Source: Scenedesmus sp. PABB004
Taxonomy: Eukaryota
Assembly: GCA_014905635.1 (NCBI GenBank)
Contig: JABVCE010000002.1
Location: 868,001 to 932,000, forward strand
Direction: 5' to 3'
Length of the DNA stretch: 64,000 nucleotides
In this document: positions 22,507 through 33,251 of the stretch, piece after piece
Layout: the number at the start of each line of letters is the position of its first letter
Numbering within the stretch: position 1 is the stretch's first letter
Notes under the pieces: generated by a model
What the model was told of the DNA's origin: nothing
The model's input: the letters and a program-made list of their open reading frames with translations, nothing else
Database searches by the model: none
Made by a program: the position numbers and the translations under genes

Positions 22507-23121
22507 CCTGCCTCGCACGGCTCGGCCGTCTGCCGCCCTGCGTTGGCGGGGCGGGGCGCGGCTGCTCGCGGGGCGGTGCCAAATGCGCGGCGCGGCGGCC
22601 CCGGCGGGCGCGGCGCGGGCGTCGCGGGCACGTCGCGGGGCGCCGCGCCGGCGTGTGCGCGCCCTGCTGGGTGATCTGGCGCCGCCCGGCGTTGCTGTGA
22701 AGCTTAATGCGCGTGCTCCACACCTGAACGCCGGGGGCGACCCTGGGTGCCTGCTCGCCGCGCCTGCGGCAGCAGATGGCTGCGAGCGCAGCGCGGGTGC
22801 TGCGTCGCGTGGGGAGGGCGCCGGGAGTGTGCAGGGGCAGGCCGGGCAGAGCACCCGCCCAGCCCGCAGCGTCAGTCGGCGAAAACCGCGCGCGTCCGCT
22901 AGGCTGCCGCTGCCGCCGCGGACTGCGGCCGCTGCTGCCGCTGCGGGCCCCCACAGCCGCGCCCCGCCGCCGTGCCCGCTCCCTCTCGAGCCACATCGGC
23001 CCTCGGGCCGCCGCCGCAGCAGCCCACGCCCACCAGCGCCGCGCGCGCCGGGCCGGGCAGCAGCAGCGCGCCGCGCGCCGGGGAGGCGGGCGCGCCGCCC
23101 TCCTCGGCGCCGCCCGCCGCC

Positions 23122-26100
23122 ATGGTGGTGCGCACGTACGAGGAGGTGACGCCCCGGCGCGCCGCCGCCGCGACCGCGCCGCGGGGGCAGCGCCTGGGGT
23201 GCCGACGCCCGCCGCCGACGCTGCGGTGGGCGCCGCTTGACGCAGGAGGCGGCGTTCATCCGCCAGGTCAGCGACGTGCGCTACGACGTGTCCCCGGGAT
23301 TTGTGCCGGGCATGCGCGTGCCGGGCACGTTTTACGTCAACGCCGCGCTCAAGGACCTGCTCTTCGATGAGCTCAAGCAGCACGTCGCGCGCGGCGAGGT
23401 GCGGCAGCGGCGGCGGCGCGGCCACGGCCGCGCGACGGGCGGGGCGGGGCGGGGGCGGCCGAGCCGGCGGGCGGGGAGGAGCCGGCGCGCGGCGGCGGCG
23501 CGGCGGCGGCCGGCAGGCGGGGGCCGGGCCCCGCGCCGCGCCGAGACGTGCCGCCGCGCCGCCGCGCCCCGCAGCACGGCGGCTTCCTGCCGGCGGTGAA
23601 GCAGCTGGCCAACGTCGCGGCGCTGCCGGGCATCGTCAAGGTGCGCGCGGGGCGCGCGTGTGCGCGCCGGCGACGCGCTGCGCCAGGCCGCGGCCGCCCG
23701 ACGCTGCCGCCGCCGCCGCCGCCGCGCCCGCCCGGGCAGCGCTCGATCGCGCTGCCAGACGTGCACAGTGGCTATGGCTTTGCCATCGGCAACGTCGCGG
23801 CGTTTGACATGAACGACCCGGAGGTGCGCCACGCGCGGCGGGGGCGTGCCGCGCGTCGCCGCCGTGCCCCGGCCGCCGCTGTCCCCCGCCGCCGCCGCCG
23901 ACCCCTACCGCCGCCCCCGCCGCCGCCCGCACGCGGTCAGGCGGTGGTGTCGCCCGGCGGCGTGGGGTTTGACATCAACTGCGGCGTGCGGCTCATCCGC
24001 ACCAACCTCACGCTCGCAGACGTGGAGCCACTCAAGGAGCAGCTCGCGCAGGTGGGGGCCGCCCCGCGCGGCGCCAGGGGGGGGCCCCCGGCGCCCGCGC
24101 GCCGGCTGGCAGCAGCGCGCGCGCCCGCCGCGCCGCCCGGCCCGCGCGTGCACGCCTCACTACCGACCCCGCGCGCCGCCGCCGCCGCCGCTGGCCTGCC
24201 GCGGTCGCGCGTGCGTTCAGTCGCTGTTTGACCACATCCCGGTGGGCGTGGGCAGCCAGGGCATCATCCCCACGTCTGCCAAGGACCTCGAGGCCGCGCT
24301 GGAGATGGGCATGGACTGGAGCCTGCGGTGAGCGGGCGGGCCAGCGCCGCGGCGGCGCGCGCGTGACACGCAGCCGCGGCGCGGGCCAGGCGCCGGCCGC
24401 CCAGGCCGCACGCTGCGGCACCGCACTCACTGTGCGCGTGCGCGCGCGCAGCGAGGGCTACTCGTGGGCGGAGGACAAGGAGCACTGCGAGGAGTACGGG
24501 CGCATGCTCAACGCAGACCCCAGCAAGGTGCGCGCCACGCGGCGGCGGCGCCCCGGCGGCGCCCCTGCGCGCGCCCCGCGCGCCGTGCGCCCGGCGCGGC
24601 GCGCCCTGCGCGAGCGCGCCCGCGCGCCGCAGGTGTCGGCACGCGCCAAGAAGCGCGGCCTGCCCCAGATGGGCACGCTGGGGGCGGGCAACCACTACGC
24701 AGAGATCCAGGTCGCCCACCCGCGCGCACGCGCACGCACGCGCCGCGCCGCACCGCGCCTCGGCCTGCGCGCGCGCGCACCTCCCTGCTCCCTCCCCCCA
24801 AGAAACACACACACACACACGCCACAGCAGCATGCCCCCGCTCCCCCCGTGCCCCCGTGGTGCGTCCAGGTGGTTGAAGAGGTGTACGACGAGCCCGCGG
24901 CGCGCAAGATGGGCATCGACACGCCCGGCCAGGTGTGCGTGATGATCCACAGCGGCAGCCGCGGCCTGGGCCACCAGGTCGCGACTGACGCGCTGGTCGA
25001 GATGGAGGCGGCCATGGCGCGCGACGGCATCGCAACCAACGACCGCCAGCTCGCGTGCGCGCGCATCGGCAGCCGCGAGGGCCAGGTGCGCGCCGCGCCG
25101 CGCCCAGTGCCGCGCCCCGCGCCCGCGCGCAGCGCGCCGCCGCGCGCCGCGCACAGCACGCCGCCGACCGCCGCGGCCGCCGCCGCCGCCGCCTCCCTCC
25201 TCGCGCAATCGGGGGGCTGATGTCACACGGCAGAACTACCTGTCCGCCATGGCGTGCGCGGCCAACTACGCGTGGGTCAATCGCAGCAGCATGACCTTCC
25301 TCGCGCGCCAGGCGTTTGCAAAGATGTTTGCCTCCACCCCCGACGACCTCGACATGGCCCTCGTCTACGACGTCAGCCACAACATCGCAAAGGTGAGCGC
25401 CCGCCGCACCGTGCGGGCGCGGGCGCGGGCGGGCGGGCACGGGCGTGGGCGTGGGCGCGCCGCGCTGCCGCCAATGCCACCGCCGCCGCACGCCGCGCGT
25501 CGCGCCGCCGCCGCCGCCACGCGGGGTCACGCGCCTCGTCGCCGCGCCGCGTGCCGCGCCGCAGGTTGAGGAGCACGTGGTGGACGGGCGGCTCATGCGG
25601 CTGCTGGTGCACCGCAAGGGCAGCACGCGCGCCTTCCCGCCGCACCACCCGCTCATACCAGTGGACTACCAGCTCACAGGTGACTGCGCTGCGCTGCGCT
25701 GCTGCGGTGGGGGGCTGCGGCGGCGGGCTGCGGCGGGCGGGCGGGCGGGCGGGCGGCGGCGGCCAGGCGGCGATCATGCAGTCGCCCGGGCGCCTGGCCC
25801 AGGCGCCGCCGCCGCGCCGCCGCCGCGCCGTCGGGCGGCGCGCGCAGGGCAGCCGGTGCTGATCGGCGGCACGATGGGCACCTGCAGCTACGTGCTGACC
25901 GGCACGGAGACGGGCTTTGCGGAGACGTTTGGCTCGACCTGCCACGGCGCGGGTGCGCGGCGCCGCGCGTGCCGATCTCCGCGCGCAGGGCGGCGCGCGC
26001 GCGTGCGAGCCCCGCGCGCCCGGCCCGCCCCGCCGCGGCGCGCAGGCCGCAGCCGCAGCCGCAACAACAGCCGGCACAAGCTGGAGTACACGCAGGTGGG

Positions 26101-26502
26101 TGCGTGCGTGGGTGTGGGTGTGTGTGTGTGGGAGGTGGGGAGGCTCCGAGCCGCGTGCGCGCGCACGCGCCGCGCCGGGCGGCCGACCACCGCCCCGCTG
26201 CCGCCGGCGCGCAGGTGCTGGACGCGCTCAAGGCCAAGGGCATCGCCATCCGCGTGGCCAGCCCCAAGCTGGTCATGGAGGAGGCGCCGGAGAGCTACAA
26301 GGCGCGGCGCGCGGCGTGCACGCGGAGCACCGCCGCCCCGGGCTGCCCGCCGCGCGGCAGCGCGCCCGGCGCCCGCCGAGCCCTGGCACGCGCCGCGCAC
26401 CGCGCGCCGCAGGACGTGACGGCGGTGGTCGACACGTGCCACGCGGCGGGCATTAGCAAAAAGGCGGTCAAGCTGCGGCCGATTGCCGTGGTCAAGGGCT
26501 GA
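23122..26502 (+). CDS. RTCB: RNA-splicing (tRNA) ligase RtcB
   Basis: [13 protein letters not shown].., [98 protein letters not shown]. About 14 introns. Confidence 0.97.
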
Positions 26503-26833
26503 GCTGCCCTGCTCACAGCCCGCGGGCCGGCACGCAGCCGCGGCAGCTGGGGAGGCGGCGCCGCTGGCGGGCGCGGTCGTGGCGCGAGGGCGGCCACCGC
26601 GCGTGGCGCTGCAGCAGCGGCTGCAGGCGCGCGCGGCGCGGCCCGGGTGTCGGTGCAGTTGCAACGCTGTAGGGTTGCATGTCCCGCGCTCTCAGGCGCG
26701 TTTGTCGTGCCAGCCCAGCGCGTTGCAGTCCCGATCACCCCCGCACACGCCCGCGGCCCAGCCAGCATCCCCCAGCGCCTGCCCACCGCAGCCCAGCACC
26801 CCCAGCGCGCCCAGTGCCACGGGTGTGCGCGCG

Positions 26834-29570
26834 TCACTCGCGCGCCAGCAGCGCGTCGAGCTGCGCGGCCAGGCCGAGCACCTGCCACATCGCCTGCTGG
26901 CCCAGCAGCCGCACGACGCCGGGGCTGAGGTTTGCATCGCCGGTGCTGATGAATGGGTCCTTGGCCAGCTCGAGCGGGTCGACGGCAGGCTCTGCCAAGG
27001 CCGGGCGGCCGGGTGGCGCGGGTGAGCTAGAGCAGGCAGCAGCCAACGAGGGCGCACGCGCAGGCTCGAGTCGCCACGTGGCGCTGCACCGTGCACGGTG
27101 CAACGCGCGCGCGTGCGGCGCCCACCTGCGCCCAGGGCGTCCTGCACCACGTCCTTGACGCCAGAGGCCGCCGCGTTGACAACGAGCTCCGCCGCGTGCG
27201 AGCCCCCGTCGCCGCCGCGGTCGGCGCGGCCGACGCCGAGCCAGGACGCTCGCAGTGCCTCGGCCGTGTCGCGCGGCAGCGCGGCCTCCCACGCCGCCGC
27301 CTGCTGGTTGACCACCCACAGCACCGTGACCTGCCGGGCGGCGTGCGCAGTGCGTCAGCGGGCCCTGCCCGCCAGCGAGCTTGCCCCCGCACGCGTGCGT
27401 GCCGCCGCCGGCGGGCGCGTCCCACCTGCCAGCCGCCGGGCGCCGCCTGGTGGGCGTTTGGCAGCACGGTGTAGGTGGCGAGGTGGTGCGTCGGCCCGCC
27501 CGCGGCCGTGGTGCGCTGCAGGCCGGCAAAGAGCTCGCCGTACGCCTCAGTCGGGAAGACCTGCGCCGGCGGGCCGGCGGGCGGTGGGCGGGGTCGGCGC
27601 GCCGAGGCGCTTGCGGCGAGCCGGCCGCGGCGGCGGCGGCATGGCTCAAACCTGCAGCCGCCGGTTGTGCTCTGCTGCCGACAGGCCCGTCACAGTGCGC
27701 CGCTCCGGCCGCTCCGCGTCGTCGTCTTCGGGCAGCGCGCCAAAGAGCGCCGCAACGTCCCACTCCCAGTCGTGCGGGGCAGTGCCGAGCACGCTGCGGT
27801 CTGACGCCACGCACGCGATCACGCGGGCCACGCGGCGCCGCAAGAGCGCCGTGACGGCTGTGTTGTCCACGCCCGCACCGTCGGCAAAAGTGGCAAAGGT
27901 CGGCCGCGCGGCGTCGCCGCCAGAGTCCGCCGGGCGCCAGTAACTGCGGCGGTGGGCGGGGCAGCTCGGGGCCGGCTCCCGCGGTGCCCGCAACAGCATT
28001 GCGAGCCCCGGTCCGCCGCCGCAGCGCGCGCACCGCAGCACCTCCGTGCCGGTGAGCTCGCGGCCCAGCTTGCCGCCGGGCTTGAGCGCGTTGGTGGTGA
28101 AGGAGGAGGAGATGCCGGCCACCATCTTGAGCGGCACCAGAAAGTCGGGCTGCACCGTCGCGCTGAGCGGCAGCAGCGCGTTCAGCGCTGCGGCGGCGGT
28201 GGCGGCGCTGGCGTTGTTGGCGGCGCTGGCGTTGGCGGCGAGCAGCGTGCCGTTGTCGGCGCCCGCGGCGGCCGCCGCCGCAAACGCGGCCACAATCGGC
28301 GCCGGCAGCGGCGGCGCCGGCGCCGGCGGCGCGCTGTTGAGGCCAGCCGGGTCGGTGAAGCCGCCGCCCAGGGGCGGGTCGGTGTCGTTGTAAAAGGGCG
28401 GCACGCCGACGTACAACGGCGTGAACTGCGGGCCGCGCGGCGCAGTGGCGCGGCGGGCGAGCGTCCAGAGTTTTCGGCGGCCGCGACGCCGACAGGTGGC
28501 AGCAGGCCGGCGCCGGCTGGCCCGCACCTCAAAGGGGTAGAAGCCCAGGGGCCGATCGGCACGCAGGATGGCGCCCAGGATGATGGGGAAGGGCCGGACG
28601 GCTGCTGCGCCACTGCACAGCGCGGTGCGGGGCAGCGGCGCGGTGCGGGGTAGTCTGGTCAACGGTCCGGAGCGCCGCCGCGCCTGACCGTGTCAGGAGC
28701 CCCCGCACGGCGCCTGCGGCCGCCGCCACACCTCGTGCTGGCGTTGCCCGCGCCGCCGTCAGGGCGATACGTGTACACCGCGACGCCCGGCGGCAGCCCG
28801 CGCAGCGCCTGGTGCACAGGCCCCGCCGTGCCGGCGGCGGTGAAGGTCGCGGCATCGGCGTTGAGGCCGTACGGCGCGAGGAAGGCCGCCCCGACCGCCG
28901 CGCTCCACGCGCCCACGCCCTGCTGCTCGCCCCGCGCCAGGCTGCGCGCCGCGTCCAGGATGGCGCCTGCGTGCGGCGCGAGCGGCGGGGGCGTGCCGCG
29001 GCCGGCGGCTGGCCGCCGCCCAGGTGCAGCCACGGCGGCGGGCCCGGCGGTCGCGCGTGCCTGCGGCGCCGGTGAGGGCCAGCCCCGAGTTGGCAATGAC
29101 TCCCTCAATGGCCCCGGGAGGCGCGGAGCGCGCCAGCGCCGCCAGCGCCGCCAGCGAGAGCCCGGTCGGCGGCACGAACGGCCCCAGGAACACGTCCGGC
29201 GCGATGGCGTCCTGGAAGCTCCACGCCGCGTTGAGCCAGCTGCCGCCGCTGTTGCTGGCCAGGTAGCGCGCCGCGCGCGTGGCGTTGAGCGCGGCCAGGC
29301 CGCGCAGCCAGCCCAGGCCGAGAGACGCGGCGCGCATGCCGCCGCCGCTGAGTGCTATGCCCAGGTTCGGCTTGGCGAGCAGGCCGGGCATGGCGTAGGC
29401 GCTGCCACGGGCTTGTTCGGGAAGGTGAACCAGCTGGCGTTGGCGCCGGGCCACACCGACACGGCGAGCGGCGGCGCCGCCGCCACGCCGCTGCCGGCCG
29501 CGCCCGCCGCCGGCGCCGCGGCCGCCGCGGCGGCGATCGCCAGAAGCAGCAGGAGGCGCTCGGTTGCCAT
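26834..29570 (-). CDS. Secreted patatin/lysophospholipase (phospholipase B-like) protein, copy 1
   Basis: Signal peptide MATERLLLLLAIAAAA; GIALSGGGMRA; nucleophile YLASNSGGSW; YPFE|FTPLY; catalytic Asp in FADGAGVDN. It has a one-base deletion near 29420 relative to copy 2. Confidence 0.75.
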
Positions 29571-31112
29571 GGCGTGCGCGTGTGCGGCGCCCAGCCGTGC
29601 GCCGTCGCTGGGCGCCGTCGCTGGGCAGCGGCGTGGCGGCGGCGCCGCCGCTCGCCGTGTCGGTGTGGCCCGGCGCCAACGCCAGCTGGTTCACCTTCCC
29701 CGAGCAAGCCCGTGGCAGCGCCTACGCCATGCCCGGCCTGCTCGCCACGCCGAACCTGGGCATAGCACTCAGCGGCGGCGGCATGCGCGCCGCGTCTCTC
29801 GGCCTGGGCTGGCTGCGCGGCCTGGCCGCGCTCAACGCCACGCGCGCGGCGCGCTACCTGGCCAGCAACAGCGGCGGCAGCTGGCTCAACGCGGCGTGGA
29901 GCTTCCAGGACGCCATCGCGCCGGACGTGTTCCTGGGGCCGTTCGTGCCGCCGACCGGGCTCTCGCTGGCGGCGCTGGCGGCGCTGGCGCGCTCCGCGCC
30001 TCCCGGGCCATTGAGGGAGTCATTGCCAACTCGGGGCTGGCCCTCACCGGCGCCGCAGGCACGCGCGACCGCCGGGCCCGCCGCCGTGGCTGCACCTGGG
30101 CGGCGGCCAGCCGCCGGCCGCGGCACGCCCCCGCCGCTCGCGCCGCACGCAGGCGCCATCCTGGACGCGGCGCGCAGCCTGGCGCGGGGCGAGCAGCAGG
30201 GCGTGGGCGCGTGGAGCGCGGCGGTCGGGGCGGCCTTCCTCGCGCCGTACGGCCTCAACGCCGATGCCGCGACCTTCACCGCCGCCGGCACGGCGGGGCC
30301 TGTGCACCAGGCGCTGCGCGGGCTGCCGCCGGGCGTCGCGGTGTACACGTATCGCCCTGACGGCGGCGCGGGCAACGCCAGCACGAGGTGTGGCGGCGGC
30401 CGCAGGCGCCGTGCGGGGGCTCCTGACACGGTCAGGCGCGGCGGCGCTCCGGACCGTTGACCAGACTACCCCGCACCGCGCCGCTGCCCCGCACCGCGCT
30501 GTGCAGTGGCGCAGCAGCCGTCCGGCCCTTCCCCATCATCCTGGGCGCCATCCTGCGTGCCGATCGGCCCCTGGGCTTCTACCCCTTTGAGGTGCGGGCC
30601 AGCCGGCGCCGGCCTGCTGCCACCTGTCGGCGTCGCGGCCGCCGAAAACTCTGGACGCTCGCCCGCCGCGCCAGTGCGCCGCGCGGCCCGCGTTCACGCC
30701 GTTGTACGTCGGTGTGCCGCCCTTTTACAACGACACCGACCCGCCCCTGGGCGGCGGCTTCACCGACCCGGCTGGCCTCAACAGCGCGCCGCCGGCGCCG
30801 GCGCCGCCGCTGCCGGCGCCGATTGCGGCCGCGTTTGCGGCGGCGGCCGCCGCGGGCGCCGACAACGGCACGCTGCTCGCCGCCAACGCCAGCGCCGCCA
30901 ACAACGCCAGCGCCGCCACCGCCGCCGCAGCGCTGAACGCGCTGCTGCCGCTCAGCGCGACGGTGCAGCCCGACTTTCTGGTGCCGCTCAAGATGGTGGC
31001 CGGCATCTCCTCCTCCTTCACCACCAACGCGCTCAAGCCCGGCGGCAAGCTGGGCCGCGAGCTCACCGGCACGGAGGTGCTGCGGTGCGCGCGCTGCGGC
31101 GGCGGACCGGGG
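28006..31112. repeat. ~1.49 kb near-perfect inverted repeat (arms 28006-29495 and 29624-31112, 128 bp spacer)
   Basis: The arms are reverse complements including introns, with only a few substitutions and single-base indels. Mirror-image ORFs appear in the track (28046-28393 + vs 30725-31072 -). Confidence 0.95.
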
Positions 31113-32393
31113 TGAGTCGCGATGCTGCTCCCCCTGGCTCCTGCTTAGACATACACCGCCCCGCAGCTACTGGAGCCCCATCGCGTTTGCCGGCGGTGAG
31201 GTGCCCTTTGCCGACGGCGGCAGCGCGGACAACCTGGCGGTCACGCCCCTGCTGCGCCGCCGCGTGGCAAACATCATCGCGTGCGTGGCGGCCAGCCAGA
31301 ACATCAGCGGCGCGGACGCCGCTGATTGGGGCGGCTACCAGTTGGTGAGGCGGCCCCGCGCCGGCCGCGCTGCCCGCGCGCTGGACGCGCGGCGCCGCCG
31401 GGCGGGCGCCTCGCGCTGCTGCAGCGCGCGCGGGCGCCCGCGCCACCGCCGCCTCGCAGGACGTCTCGGGTCTCTTTGGCGCCGCGCCGGCGAGCCACCG
31501 AGACTACGACAAGGACGGCACCATCGTGGGGACGCCCGTCGATCTGTTCAACCGCAAGCTCCAGGTTCGAGCCAGGCTGGCCGGCCTGACGCGCGCCGCC
31601 GCCGCCGCGGCCGGCTCGCCGCAAGCGCCGCTGCGCGCCGACCCCCGGCCGCCGCCCGCCGGCCCCCCGGCCCGCCGGCGCAGGTCTTCCCGACGGAGGC
31701 GTACGGCGAGCTCTTTGCCGGCCTGCAGCGCACCACGGCCGCGGGCGGGCCGACGCACCACCTCGCCACCTACACCGTGCTGCCAAACGCCCACCAGGCG
31801 GTGCCCGGCGGCTGGCAGGTGGGACACACGCGCCGGCGGCGGCGGCACGCACGCGTGCGGGCGACGGCGAGGGCGAGCTCGCTGGCGGGCAGCGCTGACG
31901 CACTGCGCGCGCCGCCCGGCAGGTCACGGTGCTGTGGGTGGTCAACCAGCAGGCGGCGGCGTGGGAGGCCGCGCTGCCGCGCGACACCGCCGACGAGCTG
32001 GCCCGCAGCCGCAACGCCAGCGACCCCAGCCAGGGCGGCCTGCTCGGCGGCGTGGTGCAGGGCGTGAGCGAGGCGCTGGGCAAAGGTGAGCTGCCGGGGC
32101 GTGCGCGGCAGCCGGCGGCGATCGGCGCCTGCCCCGGTCTTGAGTGCCCCGCGACGCAGTGCGCGCTCACCCCGCCGCCAAACTGCCCCGCCGCCGCAGC
32201 CAGCAGCGGCGGCGCTGCTGGGCGCCCTGACAGGCTGGGCCTGTCTCAGTTCCCTTTCACGCCCACCGTGCGCGCTGACTACTCGCCCACGCTGACCGAG
32301 CTGCTGGGCCAGCAGGCGACGTGGCAGGCGCTCGCGCCGCAGGTCGAGGAGCTGCTGCGCCGCGCCAACGCCACCGGCGAGCAGCGCACGTGA
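29624..32393 (+). pseudogene. Phospholipase-like paralogue, copy 2, 5'-truncated (pseudogene or assembly-damaged gene)
   Basis: Same catalytic motifs as copy 1 (SGGG, SNSGG, FADGGSADN). It lacks the ATG and signal peptide, has a frame break at about 30006 and has lost an acceptor AG at about 30691. Its unique 3' exons are intact to TGA 32393. Confidence 0.6.
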
Positions 32394-32417
32394 GCTCAGC
32401 TCAGCATCGGCGCGTGG

Positions 32418-32445
32418 TGTAACACAGGGCCGTTGCGCCGTTACA
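32418..32445. terminator. Back-to-back TGTAA polyadenylation signals between convergent genes
   Basis: TGTAA on + at 32418-32422 and TTACA at 32441-32445 (TGTAA on -). Confidence 0.55.
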
Positions 32446-32888
32446 GCACGCCTCCGCCGCGAGCTCACTCATGGGGCGACTGCGGCCGCCGCTCGGCCCC
32501 TCACGAGCTCGCACACATATCGGTCATCGCCGCTCCCAGCTCGGGTCTAGGTCTAGGTCTGTCGCTACTGCAGGAGTCCCTACACACTAGACCACGCGCG
32601 CCCCCATGTGCATTCGAATGAGATGCACGCCGCGCGCGCGGTCAGGCCAGGGGGGCTGGCGCGCAGCGCCGTCCACAGAGGGCAGTGCGACAGTGCGTCA
32701 TGTCATGTCAGCCCAGGCCCCCGCGCACGCGCCCGTTGCCGCCGCAGCTGGCGGCTCCGCGCTGCGAGGCACCTCAAAATGGGCTCAGACGTTCAGGCGC
32801 AGCGCAGGAGCAGCACGCATAGCAATTGGGGAGGGGATCAGTGTTGAACAGTGTACAGAATGGTGGAGGCGGGACAGGTGATTAAAAG

Positions 32889-32963
32889 CACAACACACAC
32901 ACAAGCGCACGCGCACGCACACGCGCACACGCACGCGCACGCACACTCGCACACGCGCACGCG
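32889..32963. repeat. Imperfect CA/CG dinucleotide microsatellite
   Basis: CACAACACACACACAAGCGCACGCGCACGCACACGCGCACAC... tract. Confidence 0.75.
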
Positions 32964-33251
32964 CCATGCAGCCATGGAGAGACTGCCTCGGGCGTGTGCG
33001 GCTGCCACCCCGCCGCCGCCGCTGGGCAGGCAGCGGGCTCAGCATGGCGCGCCGGGCTCGGCGTGCGCAGCAGAGGGCTGCGTGTGCCGCCGCCGTGTCG
33101 TGCCGCACGCTCGCGGCTCGCAAGCCGGCTGCAGCTTGCCGCCGCTCCCTAGCCTGCTCGCGCCCGACTGGCCGGCAGCAGGCCGCTGCTCCCACGCCCG
33201 CCCGGCTGCGGCCGCGCCGCGCGGCACGCCAGCGCGTGCCGCGCGGCGCGC

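Noticed and set aside
23230..26410. Introner-type repeated intron family
   Set aside because: Introns share only GTGCGC starts, CGCAG ends and GC low complexity. No extended intron-to-intron identity was seen outside the duplicated lipases.
28006..31112. Inverted repeat as transposon terminal repeats
   Set aside because: The arms are host gene exons and introns. There is no transposase or target-site duplication.
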